A DNA stretch of 64,000 bases from contig NC_042998.1 in NCBI RefSeq assembly GCF_006345805.1, forward strand, positions 137,082,001 through 137,146,000, in the 5' to 3' direction. The notes under the pieces are model-generated. The model did not search any database and was not told where the DNA came from. It saw nothing but the letters and a program-made list of their open reading frames with translations. Both the position numbers and the translations under genes were made by a program. The stretch is from Octopus sinensis (lineage: Eukaryota). Below are positions 26,577 to 40,148 of this stretch, piece by piece; the first letter of the stretch is position 1, and every line of letters begins with the position of its first letter.

Positions 26577-26927
26577 ATGGTCAAAATTGTCTGCCTGATT
26601 TATGCAGTCCTCCTGGTTGGACTTCTGGAAAGTTGTTTTGCAAGAAGTGCAATTTTGAATAGAGATGTTGAGGGTACTGTCGATGTACCACCCGCTCTAG
26701 AAAAACGAAGTGAAAGTTTTTTTGAAGATAATGCGTCTGGAGCTGGAAGTGCTGGAGGTGCTGAAGATGCTTTATCTCTAGAAAAACGTTTTGTACCACG
26801 AACTGCACCACAGAACCGTTGCCCTGGAGGGCCTGTTCGAGTCCCAGGCAGTTCTGTAACACAACCTTCACCACAGAACCGTGGCCCTGGAGGGCCTGGT
26901 CGAGCCTCAGGCAATTATGGAAAATGA
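26577..26927 (+). CDS. Secreted prepro-peptide, copy 4 (116 aa); predicted 43-aa Pro/Gly/Arg-rich amidated mature peptide FVPRTAPQNRCPGGPVRVPGSSVTQPSPQNRGPGGPGRASGNY
   Basis: Intact ORF with caaaATGG context and the same signal/spacer/KR/GK-stop layout. TATAAAA at 26520, TCATTT at 26552, AATAAA at 27206. Confidence 0.87.
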   Translation: MVKIVCLIYAVLLVGLLESCFARSAILNRDVEGTVDVPPALEKRSESFFEDNASGAGSAGGAEDALSLEKRFVPRTAPQNRCPGGPVRVPGSSVTQPSPQNRGPGGPGRASGNYGK

Positions 26928-27339
26928 TGCATCAGGAAAAACGAAGTCCTTAGTTTTCTGAAATAGAATTTAGTCTTCCGAAAATCTTTAAAAGGTATCG
27001 TATATAATGAAGCGCATTATGGCTTTATGTATTTACAGATTTGATTCAAGCCTGATATAAATAAGCACACAGATTTTCGTATTCTCTTTCTAATTTTGTA
27101 TTCCTACTTTACATATTGCCAGGCCACTGTAGAGTGTATCCTTCGATTTCTGATATAAATATACCACGCAAAAATTTCAAGGAAAATAAGCCAATGGTGT
27201 TTTGTAATAAAGCTGCTATGTATTTTTAAATTTCGTTGATTAATTATAGAAATCTCTATCGAAAGCCTACTGGGAATTAATGTTACTGTGAGTAAATATT
27301 CTTCCCAGTGCTTCAAATCTCTTCTTTGAAAACGTTGGC

Positions 27340-29560
27340 TTAAAAACAGTAAATGAGATGATTTATATCTTTATCAAACATTTTATAGCCGTATTGTACA
27401 TCATTGAGCAATTTCGAGAGCAGCATTAAGGCTAGACAAAAGAGGAGCAGTGATAGAGAGTCACCCTGGTAAATGCCACATAAAATTCTTACATCTCCAA
27501 TATTGAGAGATTCATTGTCACTGTTCAAAGTCAGTGTCGTTCTTCATGATCTCATACTTACAGACAAGAAGGTTCGCAGAGTAGGTGCTATTTTATAATT
27601 TACCAGACATTTCTTAATCCACCTATGTGGTAGACTATCAAAAGCGTTTTATAGTCTATCCAGGCTATCGACAAGATTTTTGTGTTGTTTGTGACGATTT
27701 TCCAAGGCCATCTTATTGATAAGTAGCTGAACTTTACAACCATAGGACCTACATTTACATCCTTTTTTCTCATTAGAAGATATCCCACTTTCTATTAAAA
27801 AGCTATAGGTATATTCAATCAAGACAGATGTTAAGTATTTTATACATTGTTGTTAAGCAGTTTATCAGTCTATAATTTTTTGGTTAGTTTGTTTCTTCAT
27901 TTTTTGGGATGTAGGAATATTTCACCATTAACTAGCTAAGAGGGGATCATACTAGGTTATTGCAAAACATTGTTGTAAAATTTTGTTACCAGTTCATGGC
28001 TCTCTAGGAAGGCATTCAACCAGAAGTTAAGAATGTTATCTTTTCCTGGAGATTTCCATTTGCTTGACTTCTTGAGAGCAGATCTTACGTCCTCTACCTT
28101 GAAACCCTCCCACATTTCCTCTTCTAAGGAATCAAAGTCTGTAGATATTCTATTAATACAAGGGGCCTTTTCATTCTGTGTTTTTTTCTTCTGCCCAAAT
28201 TTTATTCCAAAATTCCTGCATTTCTTATTTAGATGGGACAGACTTAACTGTAACACGTATTTTCCCTGTCATCCTGTATAAATATTTTGGATGTTGTTGT
28301 CCTCGAAGAATCTAAGGCGTTTTTAATACCTTGCTATGCGGCTAGCTTTAGCATATACCTTTTGCTTGATAGTTTCTATGGTATTGATGTCAAGTATGGT
28401 TTTCATATATTTTTTCTTTAATTTTCGGGCTTTTGTTGATTTGATAGTCTGGTCAAACTTAATGTTTTTTTAAACATTCTATGTCAAACCTAAGTAACTA
28501 AATTTGGTTTTGAATGCGCTCTTGTTAAGTAGGCTTTTTGTGGGAATGTTATCGTTTTTTAATCTTTTCCCCACATAGAATCGTTGAGATTTTCGCGGAT
28601 GTATAGTACAGGTGATTGAGATCTGTAATATCAACATCATTATTTGAAATTATAATCTTAAGTGCAAGGCGGATTTTGCCAATTACTTTCAGGTTTTGGT
28701 TAGAATTACGAATTTTTGGGAGAGTGGTGCTTTCATTCATACTGGTTTCTTTAATTTTCCTCCATTCAATCATGATTTGATATTTTAGTTTATGTAGTTC
28801 TGTTGCGTCAATTTCTGTGTGACTTTCTTCATCTATTTGATTTTCATCTACCTTAGTGTTTATGGTTGGTTCAGAGAGTATTTCATTTTGCTTATCAGTT
28901 ACATTAACTTTTTCAATCATTATTGCATTTTCATCAGGTCTGGGTTGGTCTATAATTATTTCCTCCGTAGTAACTTTTCTTTAGCTATAACTTCGTTCTT
29001 TTTATCCCTTACTGATTGTTTAATTTGCTCAATCTCTAATTCACTTAGCAATTTCTTTTTCATAACGTTGGCAGGTTTGTTACTGTCTATGTAGAGTCTT
29101 ACTTCAATGTGTTTCTGTCTCCAGTTTAAGTAGGTTTGTACAGTATAAGATTTATTTGTGTGGAAATATATGGCGTGATAGAAGGCCTTAAGAACTTCTT
29201 TATTATCTCCCCTAGACCATTATTCATTCTTTTTCTTTTGGTTATTTGATGACGAACATGAATGGCTATCTGTTGGAATATTCTAGTTGTGGGGTATTTC
29301 CAGCTCCTGAGTTTCAGGAAGATTTGAACCAGTAGCTGACTTTTCCTATCAAATCTAGTTCATTGTTCGAGTGCGCTGTCCTTGGTGATCCGGGTGAGGG
29401 CCGATCCGATTACTATTTTGCTTTGTTATCATTGAGGCATGACAAGTTTGGACGTTGACATTCGGGGACGGATCTGTCTGTTTAGGGTTAATTTTTGAGA
29501 CATCACTGCCTCCGAGTTCTCTGAATGAAAACATTATACCGGCACAGCACGGTACAACCC
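27340..29560 (-). mobile_element. R4/Dong-like non-LTR retrotransposon remnant with internal deletions
   Basis: KWSRGDNKEVLKAFYHA N-terminal motif, WKSPGKDNILNFWL, GIYQGDSLSLLLFCLAL and DINHLIY (truncated before YMDD). Inserted just after the copy-4 3' flank. Confidence 0.8.
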
Positions 29561-30836
29561 CATAAAACTACAAAACTTAGTAGGTATCATTAGGCCGTAG
29601 CCGGCATAATAAAGTAGGAGCTTTTAAATGCATACTCTAAAACATAAAAGATATAAAGATGAACGTGTGTGTATGTATGTGTGAAGATATGTGTGCATGT
29701 GTGTGCATATATGTATATGTATGTATGTTTATGTTTAATTTTATTTGATTTTGTGAGGTTATTTATGATTTTGTGTTTCCATAGGTGTATTTACACAGAG
29801 ATATTGTTATTTTATGGGTTTAGTTTCACGTTTAATACTTATTGAGATTAAATCAGCTGTTTTAATTTTTAATTAAATTTAACATTTTAATTTTTGTTTT
29901 TAGTTTATGTTTTCTGTTAATTTGTTTTATCAATTAATGTTTATTTATTTATGTTTTTCTATATTTCACATTTATATTAATGTCTTTGGGTTTATATGTT
30001 AATAATTACAGGTTTTTATGAGCCGATAAATAGTCTATGCTCCCGTTTCTGAATGTGATTATTCCAATTAGTAGTCTTGCATATGTGTATATGTGTATAT
30101 CAAACGACGACTTTTTGTCTGTTAAATCTCAATTGATGACCTTATTACATTGCAGGATATTCTTATAACCATGAACTGATAGTTATACAGCCATGTAACA
30201 TGATACAAGACAGACAATACGCCTTCTTGTCAACTATCCTACATTTTCTCCTTAATTTTTAGCACACCGCGTTTTTCTCTAGAATTGTTTCCCCTGACAC
30301 TGCCTTGATACTACAGCAGAAAAAACTCATATGGTGATATGATACATCTACAGTTTGTTAAAGGTCAATTTAGTATTTTACATTCTGTATAAGAGAGGGT
30401 CTATAATGCATTCTGAATATTTCTCTATGGATAATATTCCCTGAAAATGTGATTCATGCATATTGTAGAAAACATGCGATGTAAGAATTATTGGAACAGT
30501 CGTAGGAATGAACATATTGCGATATCACAGATCTTGATCCCTTATTCCTTTAAACATATTTTGCTCTGTTCATGTGTTATAACCTATATTCACAAAGTAT
30601 TTACATATGTGATTTCAAGAGGTTGAGGTTATATATTGTGGTTGTTGGTTATTTAACGTGTACAAACTTTTATGGAAATATAAATGTGTGTGTGAGAGAG
30701 AGAGAGAGAAGAGAGAAGACAGGAAGACATTGTATGGGTATGAGAAAGAGATTGTGTGTGAGAGAGAGAGTGTGTGTGTGTAAGAGATAGAGTGTGTGTG
30801 TGAGTGAGAGAGAGAAAGAGAGCATGTGCGCGTGTG

Positions 30837-30885
<49 letters not shown>

Positions 30886-31494
30886 GTGTGTGCATGTATG
30901 TGTGCGTGTATCTCTGCGTTGATGGGGGGAAAAAAGAACCTGTGAAATCTGATCAGATTGTTTTTGTTCTTTTTCAGGGCATTACAAACACCAACAGATT
31001 TAAACATGTATCCATCATCTGTTGAAATAAACAATGAAACTCAACGTTATTTCTACCATCATTGTATTTTCATAATCCAAAAATGTGTAGTAATTCCTTA
31101 AGATTTAGTGTGATCACAATATATTTACAACTATCCACACCTTTGAGAAAAATGTTGAACGCCCGTTTTGGTTAATGCTTGAAGCCATTTCTTTAATACC
31201 TCTTATAATCACGGGAGAGGCATAAAAATAATAAAATCAGAATTTTTCTCCTATCAAAGTGAAACAATAATTTGCATACTATGTGTACTAAAACTAGATG
31301 ATCGATGTACACGATCTGAGAGTAATGGTGAGTACTGCTTTATTTGAATTTGGTTATTATAGAAAGAAGAAGAAATTTATCTGCAGAACGAGATTTATTT
31401 GCACAGGTATTAGGTAGCCTGAATATATTTAAGATGTAATGTTATAGTAATGTAGAACCAGTGCGTTGGCGTCCTGTTGACTAATCACATCAAC

Positions 31495-32275
31495 AAAAAT
31501 TATTTCTACTCTGGACACAAGGCCTTGAAAATATTTTAGGGAAGAAGGCTAGTCAATTACATCGATCCTAGTGCGTAAATGGCACATATTTCATCGACCT
31601 CGAAAGGATGAAAGGCAAAGTTGACCTGGGCAGAATTTGAACTCAGAACGTAGCGGCAGATGAAATACCTATTTCTTTACTACCACCAAGGGGCTAAACA
31701 CAAAGAGGACAAACAAGGACAGACAAACGGATTAAGTCGGTTATATCGACCCCAGTGCGTAACTGGTACTTATTTAATCGACCCCGAAAAGATGAAAGGC
31801 AAAGTCGACCTCGGCGGAATTTGAACTCAGAACGTAGCGGTAGACGAAATACTATTTCTTTACTACCCACAAGGGGCTAAACACAGAGAGGACAAACAAG
31901 GACAGACAAACGGATTAAGTCGATTACATTGACCCCAGTGCGTAACTGGTACTTATTTAATCGACCCCGAAAGGAAAGAAGGCAAAGTCGACCTCGGCGG
32001 AATTTGAACTCAGCACGTAGCGGCAGACGAAATACCTATTTCTATTTCTTTATTACCCACAAGGGGCTAAACACAGAGAGGACAAACAAGGGCAGACATA
32101 GGTATTAAGTCGATTACATCGACCCCAGTGCGTAACTGGTACTTATTTAATCGACCCCGAAAGGATAAAAGGCAAAGTCGACCTCGGCGGAATTTGAACT
32201 CAGCACGTAGCGGCAGACGAAATACCGTTAAGCATTTCGCCTGGCGTGCTAACGTTTCTGCCAGCTCGCCGCCCT
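31495..32275 (-). repeat. Tandem array of ~185-190-bp SINE-derived units
   Basis: The SINE body recurs four times, separated by three copies of tatttctttactacc(c)acaaggggctaaacac..gacaaacaagg.cagaca; a complete SINE head ends at ~32272. Confidence 0.9.
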
Positions 32276-35200
32276 ATATCTCACCAACTATAATGATGAC
32301 GAAGATGATTTTGTATTTGCTTGTGGAATAAGTTACTGAAAATGTACGCCATGAAATTTTCCAAATCAATCCTTATAAAATTAAGATATAGAAAGAGGAT
32401 TATGTTTCACGGATTACTTTAATTATTTGTCATGTGTTGCTCAACATATTGTAATGGTTCGTTAATTTGTTTATAACTTTTTATAATTAACTTTTTGATC
32501 GCTTTAATACTGGTCATGTATATGGTGTCATATAATAAACACCAAACCATGTTACCGTATGTTTTGTTGTTGAATATCAATAATGGCAGAAAAGTTGAAT
32601 TATTACTCAGCTTTTGAAAGTAATCCGAAAATGTTTACAAGTAACATAAATTGCTTTGTGATGGAAAATTCCTCATTAGGAGAAACCTCTAGTATTTCGA
32701 TAATAAATTATTATTCCTATAGTGACACAATGCTACACATTTGATTGCTCCCTGAAACAAGCTGGAGATTTGTTTACCAAAGAACCAAGGTCTCTATTTA
32801 CCCTAGTTGAAGTTAGTGTGGTGTAAGTTAAATTTTTTTATCATATTTCAGTGGCATTCTTACATTGCTTACTGCGAAATTAGTAAAACAAAATCCCACG
32901 TTATGTGCGAAATAATGAAACAAATCATTTTAGATGTTCAGAGATGAATGTAGGAAAGGTCTGTCTAGGAATCAAGTAACGTATAGAACTACTTGGATAT
33001 ATACAATAACTTGAACCACACAGCGGCTGAAGCAAACTATAAACATCGGCAATTAAAAGACAATTATGCGCTTTTATTTTCATTTCTTGGAAGTTTAAAA
33101 TCAGAGATACATATTAATTATACAATATGTAGGATATATAAAACAGATTCATAATATATACAGATGAAATCTTTGTGTATCTAAAGCCAAAAGATCAAAG
33201 AGCAATGCCTATAATGAAGTTGGCTGAGGGAGTCGACAGAAATCATAGAGGGTATAGTCATAAAAACTATCAAGATTTATTTGAAGCAATATCATGAGAT
33301 TTGGTAAAGGAAATCTTAAATCAAGATGTAAGCTGACAATTAAAGGGGAAGGCCACTTGTAGATCATTGATAATGAAACAGGGGAAATCTTATCATATGG
33401 TACTATGGTTAAATATTTAAAACCATATTGGCATGTTGTATAATGTTAAAATAGATGAGAGATAGAGGTGAGATGTGCGTTACTTAGCCAGAACGCTTTT
33501 GTTGCCGATATGGACAAATGTGCCACAATATTATCACTGTATTTCTCAAGAGTTAGTGGCTATTGGAGACTGAAATAGCAGAGCAGTCTAGTAGATCTGG
33601 CTGTATGGAAGCTATAGATGATCTTTGAGGCGGTAGAGAACCAAGGTGTTGTGAAAGTTGGTCGTTGACAAATATTTCCATTTAGTTTGAGATGCTGGAA
33701 GTGACAATAAGAAATCAATAGATGGAAGGTTCCGGGAGATTTTTTTTTCGTGGGAATGTGACACACTGTAGCATGTTTCCAAAGATCTGGATAGATTTCT
33801 AGACAAAGAAGAAGATTTAAGAATTAATGAGAAGGTGAATGCTGCAAAAACATATAAGACTCTTCAGTGCATAGAACGACCAGTGGAATTTTATAAGCGT
33901 TGAATATTTTCAGTCGTATAAAGAGGGGGTGGATTCTGGTAAATCATAACGCATTACAAGCTACGAGATACTTCGAATTCATTTTCAATGATATCAAAAT
34001 TATAATTGAAATGTAAGTAAATGGAAACATTTTTTGTTGTATCTCGGTCAATAATAAACACAGGCACTGGTTCTGTTTTACTTCTTTAATTGTTATTAGT
34101 CGATTGGTTAACCATTTAACCAGTTAATCGATTGTTTGATAAAGCTTTCTGTCAATCAAACAAATAAGTTAGGTTTGTGAAAGTCGCTTCGTCGGTATTC
34201 ATAACCTTACCAAGTCTGCATTGGGTTTGTTTCTCTTTCTCTTCGGGTCTAGAGAATGCACGGCATTGACAAGGACACGAATGGCGACGAAAGTACTCTG
34301 ACAACCCTAGCTGATTGATTGATTGTTCGAACTATTAATCAAACAATCCATTAGTTAATTGTGTAAATGTTTAATGAATTGACAAATATAAAGAAGTGTA
34401 ATTAAATATGTTTATTATTGGCTAAAAAACACTCCAGCCCCGAGATACAATAAAATATTTCGAATTCAAAATTCGCATATGAAACTGTACTCATAGCAGA
34501 AACCAGGGAGCAGCTACAGACCATGCTGACAGAGTTGGACACCCATAGCTCATCTGTAGACTTTAAAATGAGCCACATGAAAACAAACAAAAATATGTGC
34601 GGTACGTGGACATTGCACCATAAAAATGTAAGTAAACGAAAACAATAAAGGAAATATCAAATTAGTTATCGTGTGTCGGAAGGTCGTGTCTACTATAAAT
34701 AGACATTTCTAAAGAACACCCCAAATTTGGTTTGAATGATCTTGAAGATCTCTTTTGAAGTATTTTAGCTGTAATTATCTCAATCAGTCCAGAAACAAGT
34801 ACGATGTAAATGAGTAGACCAGCTTGAGACATATTGAAAATAAACATTTTTATAAATGAATCTAAACTGAATAGTTTCGATCTTACACCGTTTTATATGA
34901 AGCCATTTTGAAAATCTATGAGAGAAATGACACATGTGAAATTTTAGCTCGTATTGGTAAAGTATTAGATATTTCATTAAGTTGAGTTAACGGATGAAAG
35001 AACATCTATAGCAAGCAATACAATCGCACATGTGGAAACCACATGTTCGTTCAGGCTACATATTTTTACTTCCGTTTATTGTAAGTAGTCCGTAATAACG
35101 TGTATTTAGAAATACTGATTTCTAAATTCATTTTATTTTTCGTTCAGATCTCTTAACAGTGCTCTTTTTTGTCGACCGAATTAAGTATTTTTCAACCGAT

Positions 35201-35704
35201 TCTGCCTTCTATAAACATAGTTCAATATCTCTTTCACTCAGTTATTAGAAAATTGAATAAGCCGATCATACTTTCTGTTAAATCACATATATTATCGTTT
35301 ATCCAAATGTTTTAAGTAAAACAAAAATCTCTATTTCAAAATTTCAAAGCAAGCCTTAAAAAAAAAGAAATGGCTAAAAGCTAAAACCCATAAGAATATG
35401 TCAATGAACGAAAAATAATTTCACTTGGTTTTATCGGTTTCATTTAATGGTTCCATTTACAACCTGCACACATACACACGCATACATATACATACATACA
35501 TATACATATGTATATATATATATACTAAAAAAAAGGGTTCAGCAAATCTTTGCTGAACCCTTTTATTAGTATTACTTAAGTTTGCCGTGAAATTGTCCTT
35601 TTTTCATACCGAATTCTACTTGGTGAAATTATTGATTACTTCTTAATTGATTAATTTTACCCTTTGTAATTATATATATATATATATATATGTATATACA
35701 TATT

Positions 35705-36035
35705 ACCGTGATCACCGTGACCGACTAGGCTATCAGATGTTGCTACACATCGCTGGTCACAATGCGCTTCGCATTATTTTAGCCTTCAAATGACGCCACC
35801 CCGTTGGCTAAGCGAGCAGGCCAACAAAAGAAAGAGTGAGAGAGAGTTGTGGCGAAAGAGTACAGCAGGGATCTCCACCTCCCCCTGCCGGAGCCTCGTG
35901 GAGCTTTAGGTGTTTTCGCTCAATGAACACTCACAACGCCCGGTCTGGGATCGAAACCGCGATCCTACGACCGTGAGTCCGCTGCCCTAACCACTGGGCC
36001 ATTGCGTCTCCATCCACTGGGCCATTGCACCTCCA
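35705..36035 (-). mobile_element. tRNA-derived SINE (ggaggcgcaatggcccagtggttaggg family)
   Basis: Clear tRNA-like head with A and B boxes on the minus strand; second copy at 39765-40148. Confidence 0.85.
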
Positions 36036-36049
36036 TATACATATACATC

Positions 36050-36134
<85 letters not shown>

Positions 36135-36184
36135 TATATATAGATATATATATCTATTGCCTGCTGCCCTGATAGATATAGATA

Positions 36185-36231
<47 letters not shown>

Positions 36232-36240
36232 GTGTGTGTA

Positions 36241-36290
<50 letters not shown>

Positions 36291-38599
36291 TATCTATATC
36301 TATCAGGGCAGCAGGCAATAGATGTATCTGTACAGTTTTTTTTTCTTTTTATCTTTGTCTCCTATTTAAAATAACAAATTAAATGTAATATGATATATTG
36401 CTCATTAGACACTATGATAACAACAACAATATTTGACTTTGAAATGTGGATAAATAAGCAAAATGCATCACAAACAATATGTCCCTGCTAGCGGACCGCT
36501 GAAGGAGTGCAAGGAGATTATATCGAAAACTGATACAATTGTTCAGCTCTGCTTTTGTTTTAATTAATTACAGTAACAAGAATGTGTATAGATTTTAACT
36601 TAACCTCGTATAACAGTAAAGCGAACGATTTTAGAATTATCTCCCTTGAAAAATGGGTGTAGTTATTTCCCTTACATTACAAACTTGTTTGGATTATGTT
36701 AAAGGTTATATTTTGCTTACTTCCCATTTACTGATATCGTCTTTTCTAAAAGAGAAAAAAAAATCTATGTTTGATAAAATACTAGATGAGAATCTCAAAT
36801 TTTGGCATAGATCACATAAATGAAGAAAGAAATTTTTTTAAATTGTTGTCTTTATTTTAGAACCCTCTGACGAAATATACGATATTTTTACCTTTATTGA
36901 TAGTTCATAATATTTCTGAAAGAGAGGTAAGTGCGTTGGAGGTAATGTGAGAAAGAAATATTTCATATCACACCATTGATCATATGGATTTCATTTTATA
37001 AGATAAAGAAAGGAAGAAGTGTTATGTGTCCATGACCCTTGTAGATTCTTGACAACCGGTTCGTAACGATAGGGAAAATGTCAGCATGTAGAGAATTCAA
37101 AATAATTTTCTTGAATGAAGAGTTTGATCTGCCGTTTGAGAGGCTCCAAGCAAAGGAAGGCGAAGCAGGACGGTACACGATTTCGTGTTTGCAGGTGCTT
37201 GTGTTCTCAATGCAGGCTCATTGTCACAAATACATCAATGGTGCTCCTCAGACAGCAAGGATTTCGTTTTTACCATCAACGGTTAAAAAACGAAGTCATG
37301 TACCAACCATTTGCTCATAAGGAATACGTGATACCTAAAATCACTTTAAGAATAGCAGTTGGTGGTTTCACTTACTTTGAAATTATTCTTTCAAGAATAG
37401 CCCACACTGGCGATGAAGCAGAAATGCCAAAGTTAGTAGAACCTTCACTATACTTCGTAAGAACGTTTTAGCGAGGGTTTCAGCTACCAAATTTAGTTGG
37501 AAATCTACATGACATTATTTTTAGTAGATACACCAAAAGCTCAATGAATTCCTCTTGAACCGCCTAAGCAAAATGTTCCACCTTTTCCAACAGCACAAAC
37601 CCTCAAACGTTTAGATTCTAGATCATGTATTCTTACCCCAATATTCACATTTATCCTATGCTAACGACGGTCATGTTATATCACCAGAACAAACGCATTG
37701 CAAAATATTTTTGCCACAGTGAGCATGTAGAAGGAAATGTTCGGTTACAGAATAGCACAAACGAACGTTATGAAAGACTTCAGTGTCTTATTTTTTTAAT
37801 TATTTATTGTATTGGTTAATATATGTCATGTTTCAACTGTCTAATAACATTTGTATTAATTATACTGTATTAATTATGACGAAATTGTCATAATTAGATT
37901 CAATCAAGTCACCAGCATTATCCAAGGGCCACCATTTGTATCAGTTCCTCTGAAATTCTTCACCCTAACTATACTTTAATCGAACTGATAAGAAATTAAT
38001 TAGATATTTTGCTATTTTTAGGCGAGAGGCATTATTAATAAGATATATATAAAAAACTTTGAACTATTCAAGTGTAAGATGGAAACGATTTAATTGATCC
38101 TGGATTAGTATAAGATAAAGTAGACCCCAAGCGAGGATTCAACACAGAATGTGAAGAAATGAAGACAATTATAAATAGGGTTTTAGTTCGCTGAACCATC
38201 TTTATTACTTGTCTTTGTTTTTCGTACTAAGAAACGATTTCATAGTATCATTCTCTCACAAACTACTATAGAAGTAGGAGTTTAGCTCTGAGGTTAGGTT
38301 TCCATCATTTACTCGCAAACGCGTTGTTTTGTTGCTTTTGTTTTGTTTTGTTTTTTTTCTCTACAATTAAGTCTGATTCTCTGAAGTTACTTTTTTTCTT
38401 TTTCTTTTTAATTTTTTTGTTTTGTTTTGTTTTGTTAATCGATTTTGTGTCAAACAAGGCTTGAGACAGCTGTAGTGTAAGGACTACAACGAAGGAAAAG
38501 AAAGGCATATTTATACAAAAGATGTCGATAGACAGAAAGTTTAAAGGACTGAATATCATAATCCAGAGAAGATAATGCAAAGGAATTCTAAAGAGCACA

Positions 38600-38950
38600 A
38601 GTCTGAGGAAACAAGTTAGTAGAGTAAGAAGATATATGACTAACAGCTCATCAAAGAAACTATGCGCCTAGACAGAGAAATTAGTGTTACGCTTAAAGGT
38701 TTTGACAGAAGGTACGAGACCAAGAAGTTCATCAAAGCAATGACCATAGAAATACGTGTAGAATGGACACAACGAAGATACATTTCGACGATGACCAAAA
38801 TCTCCAACCTAGTAAAAAGAATTGGACCAACCATGTTAACAACTGGATTCTGAATTCGATCAAGCAAGTTAAGACACTCAGAGGAGGCACAAGCCAAAAG
38901 ATGATAGCAATATTTTATTCAAAGTTGAATGGTGGCCTTATAGAGCTAGA
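38600..38950 (-). mobile_element. LINE (CR1/Jockey/I-group) ORF2 C-terminal remnant
   Basis: LNLLDRIQNPVVNMVGP followed, after a frameshift, by an HRRNVSSLCPFYTYFYGHC-like segment typical of LINE RT C-termini. Confidence 0.6.
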
Positions 38951-39397
38951 AGATACTCTCAAACGTAAGAAATTTGCGAGCACGGAAAAATCTAAACACT
39001 TTGACAGCTGACATGTCACATCTGTATCCCACACATCAATCATCAATGCTGTTGTTGTTGTTGTTGTTGTTTGTGTCTGGAGCTGTTGGTCGCGTTTTCG
39101 GGAGTCTGTAAATTTTTTTTTCAATTTGTTGATTTACGTCTTGTTTTTCCCAGTTTTGTTGAACTGTTGTTTTTGTAACCCAGCACGCAACAAGCCTAAA
39201 TTATGGCTTTGCTTATACTAAGCAGTGTGAATGTTCGTGACCAGGAATCGCCTTCGAAACATTGATTTCTATCTCTCCTCTTCAACCTAAATAAAATTTA
39301 AAATACAAATAGATTTCTGTCTGCCGGACATTTTATTTGGCGTCGCTGTTGCACCTTATATGTAGCTAGGCAAAAATCAATAGATCTAGGTTCGAAA

Positions 39398-39613
39398 GGC
39401 GGGGAGGTGGCAGAAACGTTAGCACACCGGGCGAAATGCTTAGCGGTATTTCGTCTGTCTTTACGTTCTTAGTTCAAATTCCGCCGAGGTCTACTTTGCC
39501 TTTCATCCTTTCGGGGTCGATAGATTAAGTACCAGTTGCGTAGTGGGATTGATCTAATCGGCTGGACCTCTCCTCAAAAATTTCAAGCCTCGTACCTAGA
39601 GTAGAAAAGAATA
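39398..39613 (+). mobile_element. SINE, same family, full length
   Basis: ggcggggaggtggcagaaacgttagc..gttcaaattccgccgagg..cctttcggggtcgat..agtagaaaagaa. Confidence 0.85.
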
Positions 39614-39764
39614 GATATAGGTCCGAATTTCAAGTTAGGTTACCAATACATCTAATAAAACCTAAGAGATAAATTTTGTTGTATATTGACTAAATCTAAT
39701 TAGTCTGCCTTATGAGCTTTATTTCATGCTGATAAAAAAAAGAAAAAGAAGAATATTTGAGCTA

Positions 39765-40148
39765 CAAAATCTAGACCGCATTCTCGTGACACTCCGTTAC
39801 TACGACAAGGGTTCCAGTTGATCCGATCAACGGAACAGCTTGCTCGTGAAATTAACGTGCAAGTGGCTGAGCACTCCACAGACAGCGTACCCTTAACGTA
39901 TGTCTCGGGGAGATTCAGCATGACACAGACTGTGATAATGATGGCACTTTGAAATACAAGTACAACAGAAACAGAAAGAAAGAGTGAGAGAAGGTTGTGG
40001 TAAAAGTGTACAGCAGGGTTCACAACCACCCCCTGCCGGAGCCTCGTGGAGCTTTAGGTGTTTTCACTCAATAAACACTCACAACGCCCGGTCTGGGAAT
40101 AGAAACTGCGAGTCTGCTGCCCTAATCACTGGGCCATTGCGCCTCCAC
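39765..40148 (-). mobile_element. tRNA-derived SINE, same family as 35705-36035
   Basis: Shared ccccctgccggagcctcgtggagctttaggtgtttt..aacactcacaacgcccggtctggga block. Confidence 0.8.

Noticed and set aside
31495-32275. CRISPR-like regular repeat
   Set aside because: The units are SINE-derived with identical rather than unique spacers; the context is eukaryotic and there are no cas genes.
35940-36035. tRNA gene
   Set aside because: The tRNA-like A/B boxes continue into a SINE body found in multiple copies, and there is no complete cloverleaf.
37078-37471. Overlapping 80-aa and 118-aa ORFs
   Set aside because: No recognisable motifs, splice structure or paralogue; possibly decayed TE, but unsupported.
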